Below, one piece after another: positions 1 to 10,244 of a stretch of 64,000 nucleotides of DNA. Positions within the stretch are counted from its first letter, which is position 1; every line of letters starts with the position of its first letter. The notes beneath the pieces were generated by a model. The model made no database searches. It was not told the origin of the DNA and worked only from the letters and a program-made list of their open reading frames with translations. The stretch is from Marinicella sp. Its GTDB lineage: Bacteria; Pseudomonadota; Gammaproteobacteria; Xanthomonadales; Marinicellaceae. Location of the stretch: assembly GCA_965230295.1 (NCBI GenBank), contig OZ246001.1, positions 736,001 to 800,000 on the forward strand. Reading direction: 5' to 3'. The position numbers and the translations under genes are program-made.

Positions 1-29
1 TGGCGCTCTCCTGTTTGTGACATTCCCCT

Positions 30-491
30 CTATTCTAACGCAGACAATAACCGCAGAATTTCTCTGCGCATCAGATCGATGCCTTCATCAATGGCTGCTT
101 TGCTTTTGGATTCAGCATGTAACGTCGACCAATGGGTATTCCATGATGCCGCCAAGTGATTGGCCGCTTCACGGGTTGTTTCAGGTAACACCATCGCCAG
201 GTCCTGAATGGTCAGTACATAGGTCCAACCCAAACGGGGGTTACCCTGTACTTTGAGGTCTTGTTCATAGTGGTTGTAAAACACCACTTGTTGCAGTTCG
301 TTGATTTTTAAAATGATTTCAAAAGCAGCCTGGCGCTGGTTGCGGTTGTCTTCTGACAATTCATTGCGCCATGAGTTGTATGACAAACTGGAAATCGCTA
401 TCACCAAACTGATGATGGCTATGGCATTGTCTTTGATTTGGCTTTTGATGCTGGTATGCTCTGGTTTTTCGGTTTGATCACTCATAGACAA
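30..491 (-). CDS. Hypothetical protein with one N-terminal hydrophobic helix
   Basis: 153-aa ORF 24 nt downstream of the reductase on the same strand; hydrophobic segment AIAIISLVIAISSLSY. Confidence 0.7.
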   Translation of the reverse strand: MSMSDQTEKPEHTSIKSQIKDNAIAIISLVIAISSLSYNSWRNELSEDNRNQRQAAFEIILKINELQQVVFYNHYEQDLKVQGNPRLGWTYVLTIQDLAMVLPETTREAANHLAASWNTHWSTLHAESKSKAAIDEGIDLMRREILRLLSALE

Positions 492-515
492 CTAGACCTG
501 CTCATAAGTAAAAAA

Positions 516-1508
516 TCACAACAGCTGTTCATTGACCACCACGATTTTACCATCGCGTTTACCTCCGGACGCAGCGGCCACTGCTTGCTTGATGTCTTTA
601 ACCGGATAAGTGGCATGGACCGGTGCTGACAATTTGCCTGTGGCGATCAAGCCGATCAAATGGCCATACAGTTCTTGTTGCTGTGCCGGGGTGGCTGTAC
701 GAAACCATTTAGCCAACCAGAATCCTTTGACCGTAACATCCTTGAAGATAATCACAGAAGGCGCCAATAAACATGGCTCACCACTCATGGCGCCGTAATT
801 AACCAAAGTGGCGCCGTCTGAAAGGGACTCACCCAGCCTGGCTGTTGCACTGCCACCCACTGCATCAATGCCTAATTTGACCGCGGTGCCATCCGTGGCC
901 GTTTGGACCTGTTGTGCCAAATCCGGACCATCCACCAACACCACATCGGCACCGGCAGCCAGCATGGGTTCAACCAAGGATTCACGTCGCACCACATTGA
1001 TTGTTTTGAGGCCCCGTAATTTTGCCAGCGCAATCAAATACGAACCCACACCCGAATTGGCGGCATTTTGGACCACCCAATCACCGGCTTGTAGATCAAC
1101 AAACTCACTGAGCATCAGAGAAGCCGTCGGTGGATTGACTGTGATCATCGACAGTTGTATGGGATCCACCTCATTGGGCAGTGAAATCAAACCTTTGGCG
1201 TCGGCCACCATGTGTGTAGCCCAGGTTCCAATGCCAACAGGTAACAACACGGTTTGACCAATGGCTGGTTCATTCACTCCGGGGCCATGTCCTATGACTT
1301 TGGCCACACCTTCATTACCACCAATGGCAGGTAAAGGCGGTAACATGCCATATTGTCCGGTCAAAGTAAGCACATCAGATGGGTTGATAGGAGCGGCCAG
1401 CATTTCGAGCAAAACTTGCCCTGTTGACAACTCGGGTTGTTCAAAAGGAACGGCTTCAATGACATCTTGGGGTATGGGACCTCGGGTCTGGTATTCAGCT
1501 TTTAACAT
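516..1508 (-). CDS. MDR-superfamily NADPH-dependent reductase (2-enoyl thioester reductase-like)
   Basis: Motifs AAPINPSD, GNEG, VNPPTA, QNAANSGVG, YGAMSG, GFWL. Confidence 0.9.
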   Translation of the reverse strand: MLKAEYQTRGPIPQDVIEAVPFEQPELSTGQVLLEMLAAPINPSDVLTLTGQYGMLPPLPAIGGNEGVAKVIGHGPGVNEPAIGQTVLLPVGIGTWATHMVADAKGLISLPNEVDPIQLSMITVNPPTASLMLSEFVDLQAGDWVVQNAANSGVGSYLIALAKLRGLKTINVVRRESLVEPMLAAGADVVLVDGPDLAQQVQTATDGTAVKLGIDAVGGSATARLGESLSDGATLVNYGAMSGEPCLLAPSVIIFKDVTVKGFWLAKWFRTATPAQQQELYGHLIGLIATGKLSAPVHATYPVKDIKQAVAAASGGKRDGKIVVVNEQLL

Positions 1509-1578
1509 AATGGTTTCTCAGGTAAGGTTTGTTTTGTGATGCAAAGGTTTGTCTGATACAAGTAAGTACACGGCCAAT

Positions 1579-1893
1579 TCACTTTCTGATCACTTCCAAC
1601 TCAAATGATGACAATTTCATACATTGAGCCAGTTTGCGATACACTTTTCTTTCAAGTGGTGTGATGCCATCACCAAAATAATCATTCACCTCCACGCGAA
1701 CATCATGCTTGCCTTTCATAAAGCCAATTAAGCCCATTGATTTAGCACCATCGGCTAAACAACTGTGCGCTGCAGCAAAATCACCCACCAGCATCCTCGG
1801 GTATGAAAATGTTTTTTGTGACTTGAAAGTTCGGGTTTTTTGTTCGGTACTGATGACAAATTGATTTCTTTGGATTTTTATATTGACTTGCAT
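1579..1893 (-). CDS. YjaA-like small protein
   Basis: FSYPRMLVGDF and GITPLE motifs; ATG at 1893 (MQVNIKIQ) is more plausible than the ORF-track start at 2049, which overlaps the restored upstream gene. Confidence 0.6.
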   Translation of the reverse strand: MQVNIKIQRNQFVISTEQKTRTFKSQKTFSYPRMLVGDFAAAHSCLADGAKSMGLIGFMKGKHDVRVEVNDYFGDGITPLERKVYRKLAQCMKLSSFELEVIRK

Positions 1894-1966
1894 GGACAGA
1901 TAATCAGTTTGGTTGGTGGTATTGAGTTTATTCAGTATACCAGCATGCGGGTCGAATTTTTGTGTG

Positions 1967-2610
1967 TTATTTTGGACATTTCTTCGGATCAAATGGATAG
2001 GGCAAAAAATTGATGTGTAAGTGGGGCCCGGTGCCATGTGATTGATCAATCACAGACGGGGTGAAGAGCTGACCATTCACCTCGTATGAATGGGTCCGAA
2101 ACACGCTGACCAACCTGGCCACATCCTGGCCACATCCTGGTCACTCATCCCACGGGTACCGATGTCAACGGCACGGTTGGATAAATGTTTTGAGATGAAA
2201 CAGTTTCTGGCCATTTGTTCTCTGATCCTGGCTTCAAGCCGTTCGACATTGATTTCATCCATCGCCTGGTATTCACGAATGGCTGCTTGATTCTCATAGA
2301 TCGAACAATCTCCTTTTGATAAGCACTGATGGATGTATCGGGCTTGTTCAGCTGGCGCCCTGGCAGAACCGGTCACCCTGATGCTGAACCATTGGGTGTC
2401 AAAACTTTTTTGCAGCAGGCAAAAATCAACCGCCATTTCATCCAAAGATGTCCTTATCTGGGCAGGTAATGGATCCACCGCGCCTACGGCTTTGGCTTGC
2501 TGGCATTGTTGATAGGTTTTGGCCATTATGTTGGCATGAAAGAAAAGCATGATCACAAAATACAATGAAGCAGTTTTCAAAGATCTGATTTTTGAGGGTG
2601 CTTTATTCAT
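1967..2610 (-). pseudogene. Secreted M15/LAS-type Zn metallopeptidase-like gene, frameshifted by an 11-bp tandem duplication
   Basis: Signal peptide and SKH..RAVD motif in ORF 2077-2610; removing one CCTGGCCACAT copy (2114-2135) extends the frame through PHLHIN to TAA at 1967-1969. Confidence 0.75.
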
Positions 2611-2627
2611 CGTTACCTATTTTTCGT

Positions 2628-4694
2628 TCAAACTTTTGCCAACTCTTGAGCATTTCTTTGCCAACGTTGGATGATCTGTTCACAAGCGGCGGGGTTTGAT
2701 TTCAACAAATCTGCCGCCATCCCTTTGGCTTGTTGAAATAATGCAGCATCTTGTTCAGGATTGGAAAACCGAAATTCCATGCTGCCTTTTTGTCGGGTGC
2801 CCAGGATTTCACCAGGTCCACGTAACTTGAGGTCTTGCCGAGCAATTTTAAACCCGTCGTTGGTTTCACGCATGGTGGTCAGGCGCACCTGGGCATTCTC
2901 GGTCAGTGGTGCCTGATACATCAACACACAATGGCTTTGGCGGTTGCCCCGGCCTACCCGGCCGCGCAGTTGATGCAATTGTGACAAACCCAATCGTTCG
3001 GCATTTTCAATCACCATCAAACTGGCATTGGGCACGTCCACACCGACTTCGATAACCGTGGTAGCAACCAACAACTGAATCTGATTGGCCTTGAATCGAT
3101 CCATCACGGCTTGTTTCTCGTCACTTTTCAAACGGCCATGGATCAGCCCCACTGACAGATCAGGGAACCAATCCTTGAGCTCCTCAAACGTATCCTGAGC
3201 GGCCTTGGCGCGCATGTGTTCTGATTCTTCGATCAACGTACATACCCAATAGGCCTGTTCTCCCTGACCGCAGGCGTGGCGGATCCGTTCTGCCAATTGT
3301 TGCATTTTTTGGTTATCCAGCAACACAGTGTTGATGACTTTGCGGTTGGGTGGCAGTTCATCAATCACTGAAATGTCGAGGTTGGCATAGGCAATTTGAG
3401 CCAGTGTCCTGGGGATTGGCGTGGCCGTCATGATCAGATTATGCGGCATCAATGCATTGGTGTTATCCACACTGGCCTGACCCTTTTGTTTCAACATCAA
3501 CCTTTGGTGAACCCCGAAACGGTGCTGCTCATCAATGATGACCAGCGCCAAGTCACGATAAACCACATCGGCTTGAAATAAGGCATGGGTCCCAATGATC
3601 ACATCTGCATCTGCAGCGATGGCTGCAAGTACTTCAGTTCGGGCCTGACCTTTGATTTTGCCAGACAAAAAGACCACCTTTTTATCAGGAAAATAATCCA
3701 CCAGGGTCAGCAGGTGTTGCTCTGCCAAGATTTCTGTCGGTGCCATCATCACCGCTTGCTTGCCATGGACCAAGGCAGCTTGCATGGCCAGGGCTGCCAC
3801 CACGGTTTTACCACTGCCCACATCGCCTTGGACCAAACGTTGCATGGGATGGTTCCTCCCCAGGTCTTGGTGAATTTCAGCCACCACCCGATTTTGTGCA
3901 CTGGTCAACTCAAAAGGTAAACGAGTCAACAACTGTTGGGTTTGTTCTGCTGATACCGCCAGCCAAGGCGCATTGAGTTGTTCAATCGCAGTCCGCGCTT
4001 GGTGCATGGCCAAGAAATGCGCCAAAATTTCTTCAATCTTCAACCGCTGTTGGGCGGGATGAGTTTGATTCAACAGTTGCAGCACGTCTGCATCAGGCGG
4101 CGGCTGATGCACAAAGGACAACGCATCGGTCAAGATCGGCATCTGTTGTTCTGCCAACCAATCTGCCGGTAACAATTCAACCAGATCAAACTGTCCTGAA
4201 GCCATTAGACAGACCGCTTGGGCGGCAGCCTTCTGTAATAACTTTTGCGAGACCCCTTCGGATTTCGGATAAATCGGGGTTAAGGATCGAGCCAATGCCG
4301 GCTGTTTGTCACCCAGGCTGAATTCCGGGTGAATGATTTCCATGCCATACATGCCATGGCGAATTTCACCATAGGCACGTATTCGAGTACCGGCGCGCAT
4401 TTTAATTTTTTGTGAATAATAGAAATTGAAAAACTTCAACTGCATCACCGCAGTGCCGTCATCAATTTCACACACTAAAATGGGCCTGCGCCCCTGCGTG
4501 ACATAGGATTTGACGATTTCCCCTTCGACCTGGGCATATTGGAACCCCACCAACGCACCAATGTCAGTGATCCTGGTTTTGTCTTCATAACGCAACGGCA
4601 GGTGGAACAACAAATCCATCACATCGGACAAACCCAAGGTCAACAGTTTTTCTGCAGTGGTTTTCCCGATGCCTTTAAGTTCTGTTAATTCCAT
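2628..4694 (-). CDS. recG: ATP-dependent DNA helicase RecG
   Basis: QGDVGSGKT, DEQH, TATPIPRTL, QLRGRVGRG, DLKLRGPGE. Confidence 0.98.
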   Translation of the reverse strand: MELTELKGIGKTTAEKLLTLGLSDVMDLLFHLPLRYEDKTRITDIGALVGFQYAQVEGEIVKSYVTQGRRPILVCEIDDGTAVMQLKFFNFYYSQKIKMRAGTRIRAYGEIRHGMYGMEIIHPEFSLGDKQPALARSLTPIYPKSEGVSQKLLQKAAAQAVCLMASGQFDLVELLPADWLAEQQMPILTDALSFVHQPPPDADVLQLLNQTHPAQQRLKIEEILAHFLAMHQARTAIEQLNAPWLAVSAEQTQQLLTRLPFELTSAQNRVVAEIHQDLGRNHPMQRLVQGDVGSGKTVVAALAMQAALVHGKQAVMMAPTEILAEQHLLTLVDYFPDKKVVFLSGKIKGQARTEVLAAIAADADVIIGTHALFQADVVYRDLALVIIDEQHRFGVHQRLMLKQKGQASVDNTNALMPHNLIMTATPIPRTLAQIAYANLDISVIDELPPNRKVINTVLLDNQKMQQLAERIRHACGQGEQAYWVCTLIEESEHMRAKAAQDTFEELKDWFPDLSVGLIHGRLKSDEKQAVMDRFKANQIQLLVATTVIEVGVDVPNASLMVIENAERLGLSQLHQLRGRVGRGNRQSHCVLMYQAPLTENAQVRLTTMRETNDGFKIARQDLKLRGPGEILGTRQKGSMEFRFSNPEQDAALFQQAKGMAADLLKSNPAACEQIIQRWQRNAQELAKV

Positions 4695-4731
4695 ATTTTC
4701 ATCAGGATCTTTGTGGACCGCTGATCAAGAA

Positions 4732-5112
4732 TTATTCCATGGCAATGATGGCATCAATTTCAATCATGGCATCTTTAGGTAAGCGCGCCACCTGAACAGC
4801 TGCCCTGGCAGGATAAGGTTCATTGATGTGCTCACCCATGATTTGATTCAAAGCGGCAAAATTTTCTAAGTCTTGTAAAAACACATTCAACTTAATGGCA
4901 TTTTGCAAGGATGTGCCGGCCGCATCGGCCAAGGCTTTGAGGTTGTTAAAAACCTGGTGTGCTTGCAGTACGAAATCTTCCGGCAGCATCTCACCTGTGG
5001 CCGGATCAATAGGAATCTGCCCTGAAGTGTATAGGGTGTCGCCGTGAACTATGGCTTGTGAATAGGTGCCAATGGCCGCCGGGGCTTGGTCTGTGTTAAT
5101 TATTTTTTTCAT
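4732..5112 (-). CDS. ridA: RidA family enamine/imine deaminase
   Basis: APAAIGTYSQA, SGQIP, PARAAVQV..LP; lies between spoT and recG. Confidence 0.93.
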   Translation of the reverse strand: MKKIINTDQAPAAIGTYSQAIVHGDTLYTSGQIPIDPATGEMLPEDFVLQAHQVFNNLKALADAAGTSLQNAIKLNVFLQDLENFAALNQIMGEHINEPYPARAAVQVARLPKDAMIEIDAIIAME

Positions 5113-7276
5113 GATAAACTCGTTTTACATTCAGTACTTCTCGATGGCTCTGTAATTGATCCATCAGGTTTTGGGCATGACTCTTGTTTTCCACTTCAAC
5201 AGTGAACAACAATTGCGAAAAACCAGTGTCTTTGTCTTTTTGATCAATGGTCACAATATTGATGTCTTCACCAGCAATCACTGCGGCCAAATTGGCCAAT
5301 ACGCCGGTGCGATTAACCACATCCACTTCCAGTGATGTTTTGAAATTACCTGTGGTGTTAACACTCCAGCTACATTGCACCTCTCTTTCTGGTGAACTTT
5401 TCAGGGTTTCTGCCAGATTGATACAGCCACTGCGATGAATGACCACGCCTTTGGTGGGGCTGAGGTAGCCGGTGATCTGATCGCCGGGGATGGGCATACA
5501 GCAATTGGGGAAGTTGACAATCGACCCTTCCGTTCCATCGATGGTTAATGATTCTTTGGGTTGGTAGTCTTTATTTAACCGCCTTTGCTTCATCAATGGC
5601 ATCAGTTTTCTGGCAGCAATAGAGGGTAATAACTGACCAAAAGCAAAGGCCTTTAACAACTCATCCATGGAATTCAATTGGTAGTGTTTCAAAACCCGTT
5701 TGATGGATCTGGGGTCTAATTTCTCAAATGAATAGCCAAAGGTGTCCAGTGCCCGATCTAACATTCGGTGACCTAAAATCAAGGCATCTTCATCTTTGAT
5801 GTCTTTCAATTCCTTGCGGATCGCCGTCCTGGCTTTACTGGTGACCACCATTCGCAGCCAGTCCGGATTAACCGTCAACCCTTTGGCTGTTTTGATCGAC
5901 ACAGAATCTCCAGTATCAAGCAACTGGGATAAAGTAGCCGGGTTACCATTGACGACTGCACTTTCAGCATGCGATCCCACTGAGGTGTGAATGGCATAGG
6001 CGAAATCAAGCACTGTAGATTTGCTGGGCATTTGCACGATGTCGCCTTTGGGGGTAAACACATAGATCTCATCTGTACCTAAATCACCTTTCAAATTTTC
6101 ATAAAACTCCAAAGAACTTCCTGAGTCCTTCTGCAGTTTCAAGAGCGAATTCAACCAACTTCTGGCTTTGGTTAATGATTGGGTTTGTTGAGCGTCTTTG
6201 TGCTTATACAACCAATGTGCAGCAACACCTGCTTCAGACAGCTGGTCCATTTCCTCGGTCCGGATCTGAACCTCTAATTTCATGCCAAAGGGACCCGTCA
6301 CTACAGAGTGTAGCGATTGATAGCCGTTTTGTTTAGGCACCGCAATATAATCTTTGAAACCATTCTCGTTTGGCGGATACAAATTGTGTATCACCCCCAA
6401 AGCCAAATAGCATTGGTGCAACTCTTTGACCACAATCCGCACCCCAAACAAATCATGGATGTCTTCAATTTCCACCTGTTTGGACTTGATCTTCTTATAA
6501 GTGCTGTAAGCCGATTTCTGCCGCCCAGTTACCTCAGCATGCATGGCCGATTCCAACAGCGCTTTTTCAATGTTCTTACGGATTTTCTCAACAGCCTTTT
6601 TGCGGTTTCCTGCAATCTTCTTTGAGGTGTCCTTGATGGCCTTGTATTGATTGGGGTGCAAAGCTTGGAAAGCGTGGTCTTCCAGTTCATGCTGGATGGC
6701 TTTCAAGCCCATGCGTTCTGCAATCGGCGCATAAACATCCAATGTTTCTCTTGAAATGCGTCTTTGTCCTGATGCACTCATGGCACCGATGGTTCGCATA
6801 TTATGTAATCGATCAGACAATTTGATGATGATCACCCGAATGTCATCCGCCATGGCGAACAACATCTTCACGAAAGTTTCTGCCTGGGCTTCTTTCAGGT
6901 TGCGGAATTTTAATTTATCTAACTTGGTGACCGCTTCCACCAAATAAGCCACGTCTTCATTGAAGTGCTCGGTGATGTCGGCATGGGTCACATCGGTGTC
7001 TTCGATGGTGTCATGCAACACCCCCGCGATCAAAGTGTCCAGATCAACCCGCAGCTCTGCCAACACAGTGGCTACAGTTATGGGATGGGTTATGTAGGGC
7101 TCGCCAGATTTGCGGATTTGTTTTTCATGCGCGTGGGCGCCAAAATGAACTGCTTCTCTGAGCTTGGATTTTTCTTCAGGATTGAGATAAGGATTGGTGG
7201 TTTCTTTGAGCGATTTGAAAGCGGCTTGAACGGCTTTGTGGCTCATGGTTTTGGATGTGAATGACAACTCAGTCAC
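5096..7276 (-). CDS. spoT: Bifunctional (p)ppGpp synthetase/hydrolase SpoT
   Basis: Intact HD motif (LHDTIED), synthetase NGYQSLH/EVQIRT, TGS and ACT regions; follows rpoZ. Confidence 0.96.
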   Translation of the reverse strand: MTELSFTSKTMSHKAVQAAFKSLKETTNPYLNPEEKSKLREAVHFGAHAHEKQIRKSGEPYITHPITVATVLAELRVDLDTLIAGVLHDTIEDTDVTHADITEHFNEDVAYLVEAVTKLDKLKFRNLKEAQAETFVKMLFAMADDIRVIIIKLSDRLHNMRTIGAMSASGQRRISRETLDVYAPIAERMGLKAIQHELEDHAFQALHPNQYKAIKDTSKKIAGNRKKAVEKIRKNIEKALLESAMHAEVTGRQKSAYSTYKKIKSKQVEIEDIHDLFGVRIVVKELHQCYLALGVIHNLYPPNENGFKDYIAVPKQNGYQSLHSVVTGPFGMKLEVQIRTEEMDQLSEAGVAAHWLYKHKDAQQTQSLTKARSWLNSLLKLQKDSGSSLEFYENLKGDLGTDEIYVFTPKGDIVQMPSKSTVLDFAYAIHTSVGSHAESAVVNGNPATLSQLLDTGDSVSIKTAKGLTVNPDWLRMVVTSKARTAIRKELKDIKDEDALILGHRMLDRALDTFGYSFEKLDPRSIKRVLKHYQLNSMDELLKAFAFGQLLPSIAARKLMPLMKQRRLNKDYQPKESLTIDGTEGSIVNFPNCCMPIPGDQITGYLSPTKGVVIHRSGCINLAETLKSSPEREVQCSWSVNTTGNFKTSLEVDVVNRTGVLANLAAVIAGEDINIVTIDQKDKDTGFSQLLFTVEVENKSHAQNLMDQLQSHREVLNVKRVYHEKNN

Positions 7277-7312
7277 ATCCAGAACCTCATTGATTTTAGA
7301 TCAGAATAAGCC

Positions 7313-7591
7313 TTACTCTGCGTCTTCATTGTCTTGAGTTTCAGCAGCTGCATTCCAGGCCTCTAACTCTCTGGCTCTCTTGGCTTCTAATTCCAATTCG
7401 GCCAAAACTTCTTCATTGATTTTATCTTCGGCGATTTCACGCAATGCCAATACAGTTGGCTTGTCGTTTTCTTCTTCTACCATGGGCTCTTGACCATTAG
7501 AGATCAGGCGTGCTCTTTTAGCCGCCATCAACACCAAATCAAACCTGTTTTGTACTTTTTCTAAGCAATCTTCTACAGTCACTCGTGCCAT
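7313..7591 (-). CDS. rpoZ: RNA polymerase omega subunit
   Basis: [28 protein letters not shown]. Confidence 0.98.
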   Translation of the reverse strand: MARVTVEDCLEKVQNRFDLVLMAAKRARLISNGQEPMVEEENDKPTVLALREIAEDKINEEVLAELELEAKRARELEAWNAAAETQDNEDAE

Positions 7592-7622
7592 AACACTTCC
7601 ATCAAATTCTAGCTAATCGCGC

Positions 7623-7651
7623 ATTGTAATCAAAATGGCCTTGAATATCAA
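7623..7651 (-). promoter_or_regulatory. Sigma70-type promoter for rpoZ-spoT-ridA-recG
   Basis: TTGATA-N17-TACAAT on the minus strand followed by GC-rich GCGCG. Confidence 0.55.
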
Positions 7652-7697
7652 AGCTTATTGGCGCTTGATTGAGCAATTTTTTACTGGCCACAGCGGG

Positions 7698-9185
7698 TCA
7701 ACGTCTACCTATACCGCGGTCTGCAGCTATTTCTTGTTGCCTCTCTCGATCGGTGATCAAAGGTTCATAGGCAGCAATCAAAGCATTGATTTCTGATGAT
7801 TGGTAATAATCAAGATCGTCGTCTTTACTTAAGTTACGCAAAATCCTGACCGCTCGGTAGTTGCGTCCCATTAAATGTTCCTTGCGAGCCATGGCTTCAC
7901 CCGATTGAACCGGCTTTAATGCATTGTAGTAAGCAATGGACAACAAATCGTAGTAATGCGGATTATTGGGCTGCGACAACACCAACTTTCTCACATTCTT
8001 GATGGCACCATCAACCCAATCCAATTCTTTGGATTGCAACATGACCCGAGCAGTGGTTTCAAGAACCACATCATTATCAGGGTACCAGCGCAACACGTCA
8101 TCAATCATGACTTTTGCTTTGTCCCGATCAACCTGTGCCATCACTTCAACTTTCAACAAATCGACCAAGTGTTTGGCACTGGAAGCTGGCGTAATCCGCT
8201 GCAAGGCTTGCCAGGCCGCTTCAAAGTTATTGTTTTGATACTCAAACAAAGCCAGTCCATACAGCATGGCATTGAGTTTAGGGCCGCCTTGGCTAATGTT
8301 TTCTTTGAAGTAAGCATCTAAGTCTGTGAACTCATCTGCCGTCAGTACCTTGACCCTTTGTTTGACATAATCATATATCACCGACTCAAATACCGGTTTA
8401 CTGGTGAATGCTTTTAAACGGTTGCGTGCTTCTGTGACTCGATTGACACTTAAGGGGTGGGTGCGTAAGTATTCGGGCAGTTGGTAACGTGGGTCGATGC
8501 GATTCTTTTGCATCAATTTGGCAAAAAAAGTGGCCATGCCTTCGGGATTCAGACCTGCATCGTGTAATGTGTTGATACCAACGCGATCGGCTTCATATTC
8601 ATGATAACGGGTGAAGTTAATGGCCAATTGCTGTTGAATGGCAGACATACTGGCAGCAATGGCTATCGGTGCATCACTGCTGCTGGAAGACTGTGCGGCT
8701 GCAATGGCAGCCAACATGCCTAACAAAACAGGTACCGTTGACTTCTGTTGTTTGGCCATCATTCTTGAAATGTGTCGCTGATTGACATGGGCAATTTCAT
8801 GCGCCAACACACCAGCCAGTTCGCTTTCATTATCTGTTTCTAACAGCAAGCCACTGTAAACCACGATCAAGCCACCTGGATAGGCAGACGCATTGATCAC
8901 ATTAGCAGGGACCATAAAAAAGTCAAAAGGCTGATCTGGCTTGTTAGAAAATGCAGCCAATCGATAACCCAGATGATATATGTATGAGGCCACTATGGGA
9001 TCAGTCATGACAAAGTTATACTGATACATCTGTTGTTTTATGTTTTGTCGATACCTTTGTTCATCATCAGCCGATAACACTTTATCTGCAGGATTGCCCA
9101 AATCAGGAAGCTTGAATTCCGCTTGCGCGCCTACCTGTGACAACAAAACAATGATTGTGGCCAGGAATATTTTTTTCATTTTCAT
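7698..9185 (-). CDS. bepA: Beta-barrel assembly-enhancing M48 metalloprotease (BepA/YfgC-like)
   Basis: Signal peptide, LPDLG, HEIAH, E.EADRVG, THP, TPR-like C-terminus; start uncertain (9179-9224). Confidence 0.88.
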   Translation of the reverse strand: MKMKKIFLATIIVLLSQVGAQAEFKLPDLGNPADKVLSADDEQRYRQNIKQQMYQYNFVMTDPIVASYIYHLGYRLAAFSNKPDQPFDFFMVPANVINASAYPGGLIVVYSGLLLETDNESELAGVLAHEIAHVNQRHISRMMAKQQKSTVPVLLGMLAAIAAAQSSSSSDAPIAIAASMSAIQQQLAINFTRYHEYEADRVGINTLHDAGLNPEGMATFFAKLMQKNRIDPRYQLPEYLRTHPLSVNRVTEARNRLKAFTSKPVFESVIYDYVKQRVKVLTADEFTDLDAYFKENISQGGPKLNAMLYGLALFEYQNNNFEAAWQALQRITPASSAKHLVDLLKVEVMAQVDRDKAKVMIDDVLRWYPDNDVVLETTARVMLQSKELDWVDGAIKNVRKLVLSQPNNPHYYDLLSIAYYNALKPVQSGEAMARKEHLMGRNYRAVRILRNLSKDDDLDYYQSSEINALIAAYEPLITDRERQQEIAADRGIGRR

Positions 9186-9346
9186 ATTGTATGGTTTTGA
9201 CCATGAAATACACGTTAAATTCATTCAATTCTACGATTTATTCAATCAACTGATTTCAGAATATGACCCAATAAATGATTGATTCTTTCAAGCAAAAATT
9301 TTATTAATACAAAACCACTTGGTCAATCTTTGGTTACAATAAGCCC

Positions 9347-9679
9347 ATGAAATTTTGCTTACTCATCAATGCTTCTACCCAATGGTTTGCCAGCCATCAA
9401 AATGCACTGCCTTTGGTTCGTGCGATGTGCGATGCGGGGCACGAAATTCATGCCGTGTTTATGTATGGTGAGGCAGTCAGGGTGATTGAAAACAATGAAC
9501 TACTCAAAGCATGGCAACAGTGTCATGAAGACCATCAAATTCCTTTGTTATTGTGCAGCACGCAGTTGGCAAACCTAGACATCGAACCAGCAACAGAAAT
9601 TTACGGCTTCGAAGTGGCTGGCTTGGCCAGCTTAACCCAGGCGATGGAAGCGGCAGACCGAACACTGGAGTTAACATGA
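9347..9679 (+). CDS. tusD: Sulfur relay protein, TusD/DsrE family
   Basis: GHEIHAVFMYGEAV, conserved Cys in LLLCS, FEVAGLASL..ADR. Confidence 0.8.
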   Translation: MKFCLLINASTQWFASHQNALPLVRAMCDAGHEIHAVFMYGEAVRVIENNELLKAWQQCHEDHQIPLLLCSTQLANLDIEPATEIYGFEVAGLASLTQAMEAADRTLELT

Positions 9680-9981
9680 TGAGAACACTCTTTGTGATCA
9701 ACAGAGTAACCGATCAAACTTGGTTAGAAAATCAGTACTTGTTGTGTCTGGCCATGTTGAATTTTGATCACCAAGTGAATGTGGTGTTTGTTGAAGATGC
9801 TTTTGAACAAGTCATGCAGCTAGAAGCAACTGCCAAACAATGGTCTGCATTGAGCTTGTATGGTGCTCAAGTATTTCAATTAACAGACCCTACGAACCAT
9901 GGCCATTCTGATAACAGGTTATCACCAATCAATGAAGCTGAATTTGACCGCTTGAAAACCGAAATGGATTTTATCTCATGA
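9676..9981 (+). CDS. tusC: Sulfur relay protein, TusC/DsrF-like (divergent)
   Basis: ATGA overlap with tusD; FDHQVNVVFVEDA and ALSLYG; position in the cluster. Confidence 0.65.
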   Translation: MMRTLFVINRVTDQTWLENQYLLCLAMLNFDHQVNVVFVEDAFEQVMQLEATAKQWSALSLYGAQVFQLTDPTNHGHSDNRLSPINEAEFDRLKTEMDFIS

Positions 9982-10244
9982 GCACCTTACACCTGTATCA
10001 TTGGCGCAACCAGCAAACATTGACGCAACATTTACAGCTGATGGGACACTCAGACAGTTTGGTCATCTATGGTGAGTTATCTGACGAAGACCTCATATTC
10101 ACACAAACTGCAATGATCAGCACACCACATTCATGGTACCTTGTAAAAACCGGCAAAGACCCCATTAAGGATGCCCATGAGATCAATGTGATGCAATGGC
10201 AACAATTGATCACTGAACATAACAACACATGGGCCTGGAAATGA
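9978..10244 (+). CDS. tusB: Sulfur relay protein, TusB/DsrH-like (divergent)
   Basis: ATGA overlap; MSTLH start, C-terminal LITEH..W; 88 aa; position in the cluster. Confidence 0.6.
   Translation: MSTLHLYHWRNQQTLTQHLQLMGHSDSLVIYGELSDEDLIFTQTAMISTPHSWYLVKTGKDPIKDAHEINVMQWQQLITEHNNTWAWK

Noticed and set aside
610-1539. Antisense ORFs opposite housekeeping genes, here and throughout the window
   Set aside because: Shadow frames of well-supported genes with no independent signals.
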